Source: Mobula hypostoma
Taxonomy: Eukaryota
Assembly: GCF_963921235.1 (NCBI RefSeq)
Contig: NC_086097.1
Span: 86,244,001-86,308,000, forward strand
Length of the DNA stretch: 64,000 nt
Reading direction: 5' to 3'
The position numbers and the translations under genes were made by a program. The notes beneath the pieces were generated by a model that made no database searches, was not told the DNA's origin, and saw only the letters and a program-made list of their open reading frames with translations. Below, piece by piece: positions 24,200 through 37,800 of the stretch (positions within the stretch are counted from its first letter, which is position 1; each line of letters opens with the position of its first letter).

Positions 24200-26790
24200 T
24201 GTCATGCTATGGAACAAAGGAAATTACAGTGGTATGAGAGAGGAATTGGCCCAAGTAGATTGGAAAAGTAAGCTAGATGGAGGGATGGTAGAGCAGAATT
24301 GGATGAAATTCCTACAAGAAATAAGTAAAATGCAGGAAAAGTATATTCCAAGAAAAAAGAAAATCATGAATGGAAAAATGGCTCAAATGTGGCTAACGAG
24401 AGAGGTTAAGGCTAAAATAAAAGCAAAGGAGACGGCGTACAAGGAAGCAAAAACTGAAGACTGGACGACTTTTAAAAACTTACAGAAGGAAACTAAGAAA
24501 GTCATTAGGAAAGAAAAGATGAATTATGAAAGGAAGTTGGCAATTAGCATAAAAAAGGATACCAAGAGTTTTTTTAAATATATGAAGAGTAAAAGAGTGA
24601 CGCGGCTAGATATAGGACCGATTGAAAATGATGCTGGAGAAATTATAATAGGTAACAAAGAGATGGCAGAGGAACTGAATGAGTATTTTGCATCAGTCTT
24701 CACAGTGGAAGACATTAGCAACATACCTGATAGCCAGAGGTCTCAGGGAATAGAATTAGGTACAGTCAAGATTACTAGAGAGAAAGTGCTTGGGAAGCTA
24801 AATGGGCTAAGAATAGATAAGTCTCCCGGACCAGATGAGGTGCACCCATGGGTTCTGAAGGAGGTGGCTTTGGAGATTGTGGAGGCATTGGAAATGATCT
24901 TTCAGGAATCAATAGACTCTGGCATGGTTCCGGAGGACTGGAAGTTCACAAATGTAGTTCCGCTGTTTAAGAAAGGGGGGACGCAGCAAAAAGAAAATTA
25001 CAGACCTATTAGTCTGACATTGGTAGTTGTAAAGTTATTGGAGTTGATCCTCAAGGACGAGGTTAGGAAATACCTCGAGGTGCATGACAAGATAGGCCCA
25101 AGTCAGCATGGTTTCATGAAGGGAAGGTCCTGCCTCATCAACCTACTGGAATTTTTTGAGGTAATCTCAAATAAGTGTATGCAGTTTTTTTTTGTATGTT
25201 AAATTTAAAATGGCTTCTTTGTTATGTTATACTTGGGAATGCTTCTTTCTTATGTTAAATGCTGAGAAAGTCTCTAGCTAGACATTTGCTTGGGTTAGTA
25301 CAGACAGCAGGGTGCTATTAGCCAATGGGTATTCATGTTATCGTTTTTTTTCGCGTGATAATGCTGTCTCATATGACTGGGAACGGGAGTTTTTGGCGGG
25401 GAGTCGGAGGAGAGACGGGGAGGACGGTGGACGTGCGAAAGGCTCCGGTCGATCACTCCGGGTGGTCCAGAGCCGTGAGTCAACAGGATTCAGGTAGTCG
25501 TCAGGAATTTATTGAGCTCCAACAGTTGTGCACGAAGAACTTGGACTTTGATAAGTCTGGCACCTTTTTTTTCCATTACTTCTTTTTCTGTATCGAATTT
25601 ATATTAATTTCGTAGACTTAGTAACATCTATAAAGTGTACTTGGTGAAACGTACTGTGTGTGCTGGCTGATGATTGATGTCTGGGATTGATTTGGGCAGC
25701 GGGGTGCAGCAACTGACTCCGTGGGAAGCGTTCAGGCAAGAGCTGGGCAGGATTTCCCCTAGACATATATGAGCCAATATAACTGAGCATTACATAAGAT
25801 TGGTAAGGGGGAGGCTGTGGATGTTGTGTATTTGGATTTTCAAAAGGCCTTCGATAAGGTGCCACATAAGAGGCTGCTTAATAAGATGAGACCCCATGGA
25901 ATTACAGGAAAGATATTGGAATGGGTGGAGCATTGGCTGATAGGCAGAAAGCAAAGGGTGGGAATAAAGGGATCCTATTCCGATTGGTTGCCGGTTACTA
26001 GTGGTGTTCCGCAGGGGTCGGTGTTGGGGCCGCTTCTTTTTGCAATGTATGTCGATGATTTAGATTATGGATTAAATGGTTTTGTGGCTAAGTTTGTGGA
26101 TGACACCAAGATAGGTGGAGGAGCAGGATGTGTTGAAGAAACAGAAAAGTTGCAGAGAGACTTGGTCAGTTTAGGAGAGTGGGCAAAGAAATGGCAGATG
26201 AGATACAATGTTGAGAAATGTACGGTTGTACATTTTGGAAGAAGAAATAATCGGGCAGATTATTATTTAGATGGGGAGAAAATTCAAAAATCGGAAGTGC
26301 AAAGGGACTTGGGGTTCCTCGTGCAGGCTACCCTAAAGGTTAACCACCAGGTTGGATCGGCAGTAAGGAAAGCGAATGCTATGTTGGCATTCATTTCAAG
26401 AGGAATAGTGTATAAGAGTAAAGAGGTGTTGATGAGACTCTATGGGGCACTGGTAAGACCTCATTTGGAATACTGTGTGCAGTTTTGGGCCCCCTATCTT
26501 AGAAGGGATGTTCTGCTGTTGGAGAGAGTTCAGAGAAGATTTACGAAGATGATTCCTGGAATGCAGGGGCTAACGTATGAGCAGAATTTGTCGGCTTTTG
26601 GACTGTATTCATTAGAGTATTGAAGAATGAGAGAGGATCTCAAAGAAACATTTCGAATGTTGATAGGGTTGGACAGAGTAGATATGGAAAGGCTGTTTCC
26701 CTTGGTGGGTGAGTCCAGGACAAGAGGCCACAGTCTTAGAATCAGAGGGTACTCATTTAAAACAGAATAGAGAATGAATTTTTAGCTAAC
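24200..26790 (+). mobile_element. CR1 LINE ORF2 fragment split by a solo LTR
   Basis: ORFs 24204-25202 and 25817-26623 are consecutive parts of CR1 ORF2. Confidence 0.95.
25176..25794 (+). mobile_element. Solo LTR inserted in CR1
   Basis: TGTA...TACA termini; perfect 4-bp TSD TAAG (25172-25175, 25795-25798). Confidence 0.85.
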
Positions 26791-27009
26791 CTTTCTTGAA
26801 AAAGCAGGTAGTTAAGCTTAGCTTACCTGTCTTGAAATTACTTGCTTTCTCTTTCATATATTTTAAAAACTCATAAGGTAAACATAATAATTCTCTCAAT
26901 TCTGAGGCGAACTTGAGATAAGCATACACTGTTGCACTTGCAACTGAAATGAGACGATTTCTATCCTTGCTCTAGATGCTTGTTAAACAAGAAAACCTTG
27001 CTCACACCC

Positions 27010-27395
27010 CACCTGGTCAGATCCCACTTGGAGTACTGTGCTCAATTCTGGTTGCCCCACTACAAGAAGGACGTGGAAACCATAGAAAGGGTGCAGGGGA
27101 GATTTACAAAAACGTTGCCTGGTTTGGGGAGCATGCCTAATGAGAATAGGTTGAGTGAACTCGGCTTTTTCTCTTTTTCACTCAGAGAGTGGTGAGTGCA
27201 TGGAATGGGCTGCCAGCGGTGGTGGTGGAGGCGGAAATGATAGGGTCTTTTAAGAGACTCCTGGATAGGTACATGGAGCTTAGAAAAATAGAGAGCTATG
27301 GGAAAGTCGAGATAGTTCTAAGGTAAGGACATGTTCGGCACAGCTTTGTGGGCTGAAGGGCCTTTTTACTGTAGGTTTTCTATGTTTCTATGTTC
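27010..27395 (+). mobile_element. CR1 3' fragment
   Basis: LVRSHLEYCAQFW motif and TTTCTATG tail. Confidence 0.85.
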
Positions 27396-27479
27396 CACAC
27401 ATGTAAGAATTTGAAAACTGCAGCAAAACGTTCATTACTTTCCGATGTATGGCAGGATACTCTTCTTTCACAAAAATCC

Positions 27480-28840
27480 AGAAGTAATCCAGGAAATTAT
27501 AGGCTGGTAAGTTTGAGGTCAGTAGTGGGTAAATTATTGGATGGAGTACTAAGAGATAGAATCTACAAGTATTTGGATAGACATGGACTTATTAGGGAGA
27601 GTCAACATGGCTTTGTGCGTGGTAGGTCATGTTTAACCAATCTATTAGAGTTTTTCGAGGAGGTTACCAGGAAAGTGGATGAAGGGAAGGCAGTGGGTGT
27701 TGTCTACATGGACTTCAGTGAGGCCTTTGACAAGGACCCGCATGGGAGGTTAGTTAGGAAGATTCAGTCGCTAGGTATACATGGAGAGGTGGTAAATTGG
27801 ATTAGACATTGGCTCAATGGAAGAAGCCAGGGAGTGGTTGGTGAGGATTGCTTCTCTGAGTGGAGGCCTGTGACTAGTGGTGTGCCACAGGGATCAGTGC
27901 TGGGTCCATTGTTATTTGTCATCTATATCAATGATCTGGATGATAATATGGTAAATTGGATCAGCAAATTTGCTGATGATACAAAGATTGGAGATTTGGA
28001 CCAGCTGGAAAAATGGGCTGAGAAATGGCAGATGGAGTTTAATACAGACAAGTATGAGGTATTGCGCTTTGGAAGGACAAACCAAAGTAGAACATACAAG
28101 GTAAATGGTAGGGCAAGGAGGAGTGCAGTAGAACAGAGGGGTCTGGGAATACAGATACAAAATTCCCTAAAAGCGGCGTCACAGGTAAATAGGGTTGTAA
28201 AGAGAGATTTTGGTACATTGGCCTTTATAAATCAAAGTATTGAGTATAAGAGTTGGAATGTTATGGTGAGGTGGTATAAGGCATTGGTGAGGCCGAATTT
28301 GGAGTATTGTGTACAGTTTTGGTCACCTAATTACAGGAAGGATATTAATAAGGTTGAAAAAAGGTTTACAAAAATGTTGCCGGGACTTGAGAAACTCAGT
28401 TACAGAGAAAGGTTGAATAGGTTAGGACTTCATTCCCTGGAGGGTAGAAGAATGAGGGGAGACTTGATTGAGGTATATAAAATTATGATGGGTATAGATA
28501 GAGTGAACGCAAGCAGGCTTTTTCCACTGAGGCTAGGGGAGAAAAAAACCAGAGGACATGAGTTAAGGGTGAAGGGAGAGAACTTTAAAGGGAACTTTGG
28601 GGGGGCTTTTTCACACAGAGAGTGGTGGGAGTGTGGAATGAGCTGTCAGATGAAGTGGTAAACGCAGGCTCACTTTTAACATTTAAGAAAAACTTGGACA
28701 GGTACATGGATTAGATGTGTATGGAGGATATGGTCCAGGTGCAGGTCAGTGGGACTAGGCAGAAAAATGGTTTGGCACAGCCAAGAAGGGCCAAAAGGCC
28801 TGTTTCTCTGCTGTAGTGTTCTATGGTTCTATGGTTCTAT
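27480..28840 (+). mobile_element. 5'-truncated CR1 LINE with an open RT frame
   Basis: ORF 27390-28661 with RT motifs; (GTTCTATG)n tail. Confidence 0.95.
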
Positions 28841-29521
28841 TGTCCAGGGGCAGTTCAGTAAATCGGATCGTGAATGTATGATCGGAGTGCAACTCACAAA
28901 GTTCCTCTGTATTCTGTTCATCATATTAGTGGGACAAATCGGCACAAATTTCGCAGACATGAAGCACAGCAGCCGACGGCAGTCTCACAGCGTTAACATC
29001 GTGGAGGGAGAAGCTTCCAGACTGTCTGGGCCAGCATTTAAATTGTCTGAATCTCACACTAGGACCTGCTGCTGAAGGAACCATTCTAGACCTCTCCAAA
29101 TCAGTTCAGAGCCCAGAGCAATCCAACCTCGTCCGATTCTCGGCCACCTGCCTTTCCAGTCTATATGGGCAGGCAGTTAGATTGTACAAACTGCGGATTG
29201 TACCTTGCATTAGGACCTGGGCCTTGTGGTGCCACCCATTGATTTGCTATGGACCTTGCTATGGATTTGCTGCCAAACAGGCTGTTCTCGAACTCTCTAA
29301 TTTAGCTTGCCATTTAGAGCGATCCACCCTCATACCTGGGCTAGTTGGATGGCCATCAGAACTCCTCTGTTTTGCCTTCTCCCCTCTGAATCATTCACTC
29401 AAACCAGCACGGCACTAACTACAAGTGCATTGATTTTGCAGCACACCAGCAGGGCACATCTCATGAATTTACTTTTCCTTCGCTTGCTTCTTCATTGTTT
29501 GTGATGATAATTTATCACAAT

Positions 29522-30225
29522 TTACTTCTTCAGCTGATGATTGGTGTGTCAAGGCTGACCTGGACAGGAAAGGCAGTTTCCCGGAGCAAATAGCTTTCAC
29601 AACATTGTGTCCAGATATAATTGTATGGTCTGACACCAGTAGAGAAGTGGTTATTGGTGAACTCACAGTCCCCTGGGAAGACAACATCGATGAAGCCCAT
29701 GAGCGCAAGTTAACCAAGTATGCAGAATTAAGATCAGAGTGTAGAGACAGAGGGTGGAAGGTCTCATGCTATCCATTCGAAGTAGGCTGCCGTGGGTTTA
29801 TCGCGTTCACTCTCCAGAAGTGGCTGCGTGACCTTGGCTTCACTAGAAGAGAGATCAAGTCAACCAGCAGGGCTGTAGCTGAGGCAGCAGAGAAAGGATC
29901 AGCATGGGTGTGGACCAAGTATGTCCAGAGGGGCAGATAGTCAGACAGTGTATACACATCTTGCAAACCCTTCAGTAGCTGCATAGACACCTGAAGAGTA
30001 GACTATCTGTTGGATGGAAGTGACCAACAACTCTGATAGAAGCAGATGCCAAGTTTTTAAGCTCACCAGTGGGAGGTTGTGCTTTAGCACTGCTGGCCCA
30101 CCACCTCGAGGGAGTCTTGATCATAAGCAGGCCGAAACTCCTGAAGACAGGTGGCAGATCAACTGATAATCCCACTGGTGATAGCACAGAACAGTTAACA
30201 TCTTAGTCCATGTGTATTTTGTAAC
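29522..30225 (+). mobile_element. HERO-type non-LTR retrotransposon 3' end (restriction-like endonuclease domain and 3' UTR)
   Basis: CPDIIVWS...ELTVPWE...AHERK..KY..L...C...GW....PFEVGCRGF is the PD-(D/E)xK RLE signature typical of HERO elements; stop at 29940. Confidence 0.85.
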
Positions 30226-30299
30226 TCAAGAAAGTGCTATTAATAATGGTTTTCATTGAATTTCTTTGCTTTTGAACGACTAATAAGCTGTTGCTTGTC

Positions 30300-30850
30300 T
30301 TCAATAGCGCCATCTTAAACTACAATTTGGGTCTGGAATTCCTCTGAGTCTATGAGGATGTTCGATTCCTCAACCTCCACTTCACAGGACATTTTGAGGA
30401 CATCCTTGAAGTGTTTTTCCTTCACTTCTGTAAATCTCAGAGCTCAGAGTATGGTGCTTTGTGTCAGAAATCTGGTGTGACACACAGAAAACACTATTGA
30501 ACTGATGCACTGTGTTTGGAGTCTTAATACTGGAGATGCTGGTCATGGCAGAATATTGATGTTCATTTGCTTATCATCGCATGGGATTTGGAACATTTTG
30601 CAGGAACAATATTGATTGTACCTCTCTAGTGCTTAGGGAGCCTGTTGTAATCTGTCTATACCTTCCAAATATACTGGTGAGAGGCCATCACTGCTCCTTG
30701 GTAAATCAAAAGTGATTCTGATACCAGTGATGTAAACATCCTTGGATTTCTTCTCTTAAACACTGATATTATCTAAGCTGCTCCAGAGCCTGGATTGATG
30801 GCATTGATGTGGTACAGGTTGACCTTCACTAATCCGGCACCATTGGGACC
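30300..30850 (-). mobile_element. Decayed RTE-like LINE 3' fragment
   Basis: Minus-strand K.FKDVLK-like C-terminal motif; otherwise degenerate. Confidence 0.4.
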
Positions 30851-33044
30851 TGAGGAGGGCCGGATTAGTGAAAATGCTGAATTACAGAAGGATCACATTA
30901 AGCATAATCAGTGCCGGATTATAGAAGGAACCAGATTACAGGTAGTTGGATTAGTGAAGGTCGACTGTATTGTTTTTTACCCTCTGAGGAAACATAGTGT
31001 TGGTTACAAAAATGTGATCTTTCAAGCATTTTATTAGGAGGAGGACTCCACTGGAGATTACTTTCCTTGCCAATCAACAAGCTTATTTTTGGTGATCGAA
31101 TTATCCCCATAAAAATGGCTTTCCTGCATGCTAAGATTATTCTTTCCAATTCCTCCGGAAAAATATTACCTAGCCTCAGTTATTGATTTACAGTACACTG
31201 ACAATGCTTACGTATTTAAAAATTTGGAAGTGCAATTCCAGGTCATCACTGTCTGCTTCATAAATTGTATGAAATAATGGCCCTTGCATTAAACACCTGG
31301 AAGACAAAGGGCCTCTATCAACCTCCATACAAAATCCCAACCTCTTCCCATCTGATAATTAATATGCATAACAAAACCCTTGAAAAACTGTCTTGGTTTC
31401 CGCATTTTTGGTGCCACCTTTCAGTAAAGACTGATAACAATGACAACATTCACTAGTGCCTCCTTTGTACTCGTACAACTTTCAGCTGAATGAAGGAAAG
31501 AGCATCTGAAGATCAAGATCTTGAAGTCAGAACCAGGCTGAAGGCTTACCCAGGATCAGTAGTACTCTCCATTCCTGTATACTTTAGAGACATGGGCAAT
31601 TTCACTAGATACCTCAGGCACTGGATAGGTATCACCAATAATGTGCCCACAAAATTTTATGTTTCAAGAAGATCACATTCTAGTAAGAAACAAAGCCTTT
31701 TCAAGAACACTAATTATGGCAGACCAAGACAAACCTGGGACTGTGAATGCCTTGTGGCTTCTGTTAGTTGGAAGTCATCAGCTTGTCTCCGAGTGAGTAA
31801 ACTTTCTTTGCAGGATTCTTGATTCTTCTGCCATTATTTTTATTGCAGCACCATTTCTGCTGTTTTTTATTGTTTAGGGGCTAATATTAAATCAGGAAAA
31901 ATTGCTTAACTGTGGCTTCAGGAGAAAATTATCAATAGTATTAGGTACAAAGAGGAAACAAATAAAATTGCCAGAAAATGCAGTAGGCTTAGAATTGGAA
32001 GCACTTTAGAATTCAACCCAGGATGAGAAGTTTGAAGCATGAAACAGAATACTGCAGTTTACAACAATGTACCTTCCCATTGTACTTTTTATGAAGTGAA
32101 ACATCTGAGGCGTCTAACAGGAGCATAATTGGAAAAAAAAAGTTGCAATGAGTCACCAGAACTTTGTGTGACCTGAGGTTTGCAGAGGGTAGGATACAGA
32201 GAACTGGCCTGAAGTACATTGGTAACAATCCTAGAGTTCATTGCAGAGCAAAGTAGCTTGAAACATTAATTTTATTTCTCCCTCGAGGTTTTTCTGATTT
32301 TGAATCTTCCAGCATGCTTTGCTGTTACTCAGATTTCCAGATTTGCACAGTTTAATTTTCTTTTTTGACCAAGCTCTGAGCATTCAAGATAAAGGTATTA
32401 ATGATCTTGCAGACATTAGGAGTCAATCTAGTGCCTCTATCACTACAAGGAGTGATGGTCAAGGCAGATACATGGAGGGCATTTAAGAAACTCTTAGGTA
32501 GGCACAGAGATGATAAAGAAAAATGGAGGGCTATGTAAGAGGGAAGGGTTGGATTGATCTTAAAGTAAGCTAAAATCCATCATGGTCTGCAGGGCCTGTA
32601 TTGTTCTGTAATGGTCAATAGTAAATGTTCTGTGCCCAGCCTGATAGAGGAAAGGGATGGAATAACATGAGGAAGGGAAAAAGCAAGTAGAGATGATAGG
32701 GAATGGAAGGAGGGAAAGTTGAGTACAATGGGGAAAGGGGAATTGGAAATCTAAGGATCTTCTCTGCTTCAGTAGACTTGCTCTATTCTTGAAATTTTGA
32801 TCTTTTCCTGAGGATCTGTTCCTTTCCTCAGGATATTTCAATTCCAAGCCTGTCCTTCCACTAAGGATCCAGCCTTTTGTTGAGGATCTGAACCACCCCA
32901 GAAGATCCCACAACTCTTGTGAAGATCCGCCACTCTCCATGGCCCTTTCCTACAACTTCATGAAAATTCTGCCTCTCTTTTGATGTCTCTGTGGAACCTT
33001 GCCTTTCCCCTGAATATTTCTGGAGGAGTTACCCTCCTGAAGTC

Positions 33045-33587
33045 AGACCCCACTTGGAGTATTGTGTTCAGTTCTGGTTACCTCAGTACAGAAAGGAGGT
33101 GGATACTATAGAGAGAATGCAGAGGAGAGTCCTAATTGGACAGCGTGCCTTGTGAGAATGGGTTGAGTGAACTTGGTCTTTTCTCCTTGGAGTGACAGAG
33201 GATGAGACGTGACCTGATAGAAGTGTAGAAGATGATGAGAGACATTGATCGTGTGGATACCCAGAGGCTTTTTCCCAGGGCTGAAATGGCTAACATGAGG
33301 GGCATAGTTTTAAGGTGCTTGGATGTAGATACATAGGAGATGTCAGGGATATGTTTTTTCACACAGAGAGTGGAGGGTGTGTGAAATGCACTGCCAGCAA
33401 ATGTGATAGAGCTGGATACAATAGGGTCTTTTAAGAGAATATTAGATAGGTACGTGGAGCTTAGAAAAATAGAGGGCTATGCGGTAGGGAAATTTTAGGC
33501 AGTTTCTAGAGTGAGTTACACGGCCAGCACAGCATTGTGGGCCGAAGGGCCTGTAATGCGCTGTAGATTTCTATGTTATATGTTCAA
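33045..33587 (+). mobile_element. CR1 3' fragment
   Basis: CR1 C-terminus and 3' UTR; 7-bp TSD TGAAGTC (33038-33044, 33588-33594). Confidence 0.85.
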
Positions 33588-35289
33588 TGAAGTCCCTCTC
33601 CTGAGGGTAAAACCTTCTTCTGAAAACCTGCCATCTCAGTAAGATCTTCCTTCTCTCTGAACTTGTTGCTGCTGCTAGATTAGCATCCTAAGGGCCAGAC
33701 CTTTGATCAGGAAGCTTGAGTTTTGAATACTACAATGATGATTAAACTTGAGTCAATAAATTTAGAATAATAATTGGTGATGGTACTCATGAAACTGCCC
33801 GGTTATTGTTAAAACCCATCAAGAGGAAAGAAATTTGTTACCCTAACCTTGTCTGTCCAAAAAGTGACAAGAAGATGACCAATATGTTAACCATGGGTTC
33901 AATTGAAGGGGTAATTATGGACAATCAAGAAATGTTAACATTGCCAGTGACTTGTACAACTGTAAATGATGCAATTAAAACCAAGAGCCAAAAATGCTTT
34001 AGAGGATAAATTTTGTGTTGGAGAAGCAACAGCAATGGCATCTCTCTTGTTTAGCAGCCAAATAAATTATTTTGCCCCAATTACATAATGCAATCTCAAC
34101 ACTCGACTTGTCAGAGCAGTACAGTCTATGAAACAAGTGCATTTAATTGGTACAGACCCTCATTGTGGAAGCTGTTAAATTTTCAAATGTTAAAATGTGG
34201 AGAGCAAATACAGACAGTATTCCTTCTTCCTTCAACCCGCCACAGCCCAATCTCCAACGTAAAATAACAGACAAGGTGAAAATAGTGTGCCAGCCTGCTA
34301 TAATCCCTGACAGGTGAGTGACAGGCTGGCAATTGTGCGTGAGCTTGCCATCATCATTGCTGCTCACCCTTTTAACTGATCGATGATCCCAGCCGCAGCC
34401 TTCAGGCAGCAGGCTCCCACAGTATAGTCCTGCGTGCTCAATATCGCCTTATCACAGGCAGACAGCTGTAGAAGCTGAGACACTTCTTTGAAAGATGTTA
34501 GACTGATGTGAAATAGATCACCCAGCAGCTCTTTCATGTTGGCTCTTGCTTCTCATTTGCATTCCGATGACGCTGTGACTGAGATTCTCTCTGCCATTCC
34601 ATTGTACATTTTACGTGACTTGAAATATGTGAAAGACTTTGTGAGGTGTCCTTCTTCCTGCTGCTTCTGCAGCTACCACCAACACCAGCACCCCCTCCAC
34701 CACCAATACCATCACCACCACTCCCACCCTCAGCAAATGGTGCTCAGTGCATAGCTAACTGCACCTGGAGATTGTCAGCAGATCACTGTTTGCCTGAACA
34801 CGGGGTTTAGATAAGTTCACACTTCACAAAGATCTGGCCTTGGGAGGCGGATTTAGGAACCTCATCCTGTAATCTGCATTTGATTGCAGGAATAGAACTT
34901 TGTAAAAACATCTTAATAATGCTAAATGGTTTATTCACCACCCCTTTCCAGAGGGCAATAACTGTAGATTAGATGTTGTCCTCAATATAGTATCCAAGGG
35001 TGCTCCATCTTGAAGACCAGCGACAACAACTTGTACATTGCAGTGTTTTTAACATCCCAATGATAAAAGCACTTTGCATGAACTTTTTATATTTTCCTCT
35101 GACTTGAATTGACTCCCTTGAATTAAAAGACTGCAAGCTTTTATTGAATTAATTTAAAACATGGAAGAATTTTTTTAGGGTAAGTACAAAATCAATCATA
35201 TCCTCTGTTTGGGAAATCCATGGGAAGGGATGCATTATTATGAATGCCACTCAGAATCAGGTTTAATATCACCGGCATATGTTGTGAAA

Positions 35290-36365
35290 TTGAGGGTTCG
35301 GTACAGTCCCCTGGTAGCGTGCTCTTCTGGACCGAGATCTCAGATGTTGTTCCTGGAATTTGTTGGAGCCTCTCTCCCAGTCCAGGTTTCAGAGCTCCAA
35401 GTGCTCCTATCACCACTCCTGCTTTTATTGCTTGTGCTCAGCGCCTGTTCTTGAGCAGTGCCTCTGTGCTGTTCCTCAGCACTGCCATTTCCAGCCATTG
35501 GTAGGACTTTCTTATGTCAGTCACCTCTGATATCTGGCAATTGTACATCCCATGCAGTGGCTTGTCCTGCCATGGCCTCTGGTCCTCTGGCTCTGCTTCA
35601 CCCACTTCGATTTCCCTGTCCCCTGCCTGCTATCTGAGGTGTTCTCCTGGCAGGTTGTCCTTAGGGGGCCATCTTGCTGACATACTCATGGATGTTTTGC
35701 ATTTCTTCCAGGACCGTGGCCTTGACATTTTCAAGTCCCCTCCTCCTTAACTCCAGTGAGTGTACAGTCACTCAGTGTTGTACTTTGGATGGAATCCTCC
35801 ATGTATTGTTAGCAGTTTCCAGGTCTTGATGTCAGTGGCTTCCAGATCGTTCCTTGGCCGGCACACTATTGTGGCTGAGTATCTGATGACTGGTAGGGCC
35901 AATGTGTTGATGGCTCTGATCTTGTTCTTCCCATTCAGCTGGCTTCTTAGGACCTGTCTCACTCTCTGGAGGTTGTTGGATGTTGCAGCCTTCCACGTGT
36001 CCTCATCATGGCTTCCATGTGCCTGCAGGATCCCCAGGTATTTGTAGATCCTGTACATCTGGTATGTGGCCTTCAGGTAACTTGACTCCTTCAGTTGTGA
36101 TGTGTTTGCCTCTTTTCCCTACCATCCGGCTGCACTTTTCCAGTCCAAATGACATCCTGATGTCTCTGCTGTACTCCCCTGTCAGGTGGATTAGTGCATC
36201 AATGCCTCTCCCATTTCTAGCATACAGCTTGATGTCACCCATGTACAGGAGGTGACTGATGGTCACTCCACTCTTGAACTTGTACCCATATCCACTCTTT
36301 GAGATGATCTGGCCTAAGGGGTTAAGCCTATGCAAAACTGCAGTGGGGATAGTGCATCATCCGAG
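35290..36365 (-). mobile_element. R4/Dong-type (RLE) non-LTR retrotransposon remnant, internally deleted
   Basis: ISHLLYMGDIKLY (RT), YKYLGI, LNGKNKIRAINT, VIGALG...VQKS C-terminus. Confidence 0.8.
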
Positions 36366-37109
36366 TATACTAAATACAGTTTGTAGTTAAATTAAAAAAG
36401 TAGTGCAAGGATAGAAATAAAAAGTAGTGAGGTAGCATTCATGGGTTCAATGTCCACTCAGAAATCAGATGGCAGAGGGGAAGAAGCTGTTCCTGAATCA
36501 TTCAGTGTGTACCTTCATGCTTCTGTACTTCCTTCCTGTTCGTAGCAAGGAGAACAAAGCATAATCTGGAAAGAAATAATTTCTCAGGAAAGAAATCAGG
36601 AAGTATTCTTTCAAATTAAAAAGCTGCAATTCTCTGCTCTGAAGATTTGAAGACCTTGTGCATCAATTAGAATTTTCAGAAAGAGGAAGAAGACACAGGA
36701 GTGGCCAGACAATAAGACATTGGCTGAAATGGACATAGAACAGAAGGCAGATAAATAAAGTTAAAGCAATGGCTATCCATTATTTAACTTAATACGTTGG
36801 AGAGGTTTAATGTCCTTCTCTTCATCCTATGTCACAACACAAATTTAGCTGGTTAACTTTGGGGTTCTGACATTTAACTGTCATTCATTGTTTGGGGGCA
36901 CTCCTCTGTTTTTCGTGGATGGTTGCAAAGAAAGAGCATTTCAGGGTGCATATCATATACATTTCTCTGACATTAAATGTACCTTTGAAACCATTGGCAG
37001 TTATTTTGGTGAATAACAAGAGAGAGACCTGATCCTACCCTCAGCTAAATTTGTGGATAGTCCAAAACCTACAGTAGATTGGGCTGGTCTGACCAATTAC
37101 ACATTCTGT

Positions 37110-37800
37110 ACCAGCACTTATTGAAGGATCCACGGTGGAAAAGGTGAGCATTTTCAATTTTCCGGGTGTAACCATCTCTGGGTATCTACCTTGGGCCCAA
37201 CATATTGATACAATTACAAAGAAGGCAAGTCAGCAGTTATATTTCATCGGAAGTTTGAGGAGCTTTGGTATATAACTAAAGACCAACAAATTTCTACACG
37301 TGTACCATGGAGAGCATTCTAACTGGTTGCATCACATCCGATATAGAAGGGCCAGTGCACAGGATCAGAAAAAGCTGCAGAGGGTTGTAAACACAGCCAT
37401 CTCCATCAAGAGTTTAGCCCACCCCAGTGTCAAGGACATCTACAAAGAACGATGCCTCAAAAAGGCTGCACCCATCATTAATGACTCCCACCTCACAGGA
37501 CATACCATCTTCTCATTACTACCATCAGAGAGGAGATACAGGAGACTGAAGATACACACTCAACATTTTAGGAACAGCTTTTTCCCCTCCACCATCAGAT
37601 TTCTGGAGGGAACATTAACCCATGAACACTACCTCCCTATTTTTTGCTGTATTTTCATGCTATTTATTTATTTATCTATCTATTTTTGGGTTTCCTGTTA
37701 TAAGTTATAGTATATATTACATATTGCACTGGACTTTTGTTGCAAAAACAACCAATTACATGACATTATTAGTGATAATAAATCTGATTCTGACAATTCT
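37110..37800 (+). mobile_element. Rex1/Babar-type LINE 3' end
   Basis: KLQRVV..A...IY..RC.KKA..II.D..H..H..FSLLPS.RRYR; AATAAA and (TCTGA)n tail. Confidence 0.8.

Noticed and set aside
32740..33700. Recurring GA(G/A)GATC motifs roughly every 20 nt, superficially array-like
   Set aside because: Degenerate low-complexity minisatellite with no constant repeat or spacer structure; not CRISPR, and the context is eukaryotic.
34670..34730. His-rich peptide (HQHQHPLHHQYHHHH)
   Set aside because: Translation of a CAC/CCA low-complexity tract; no splice support.
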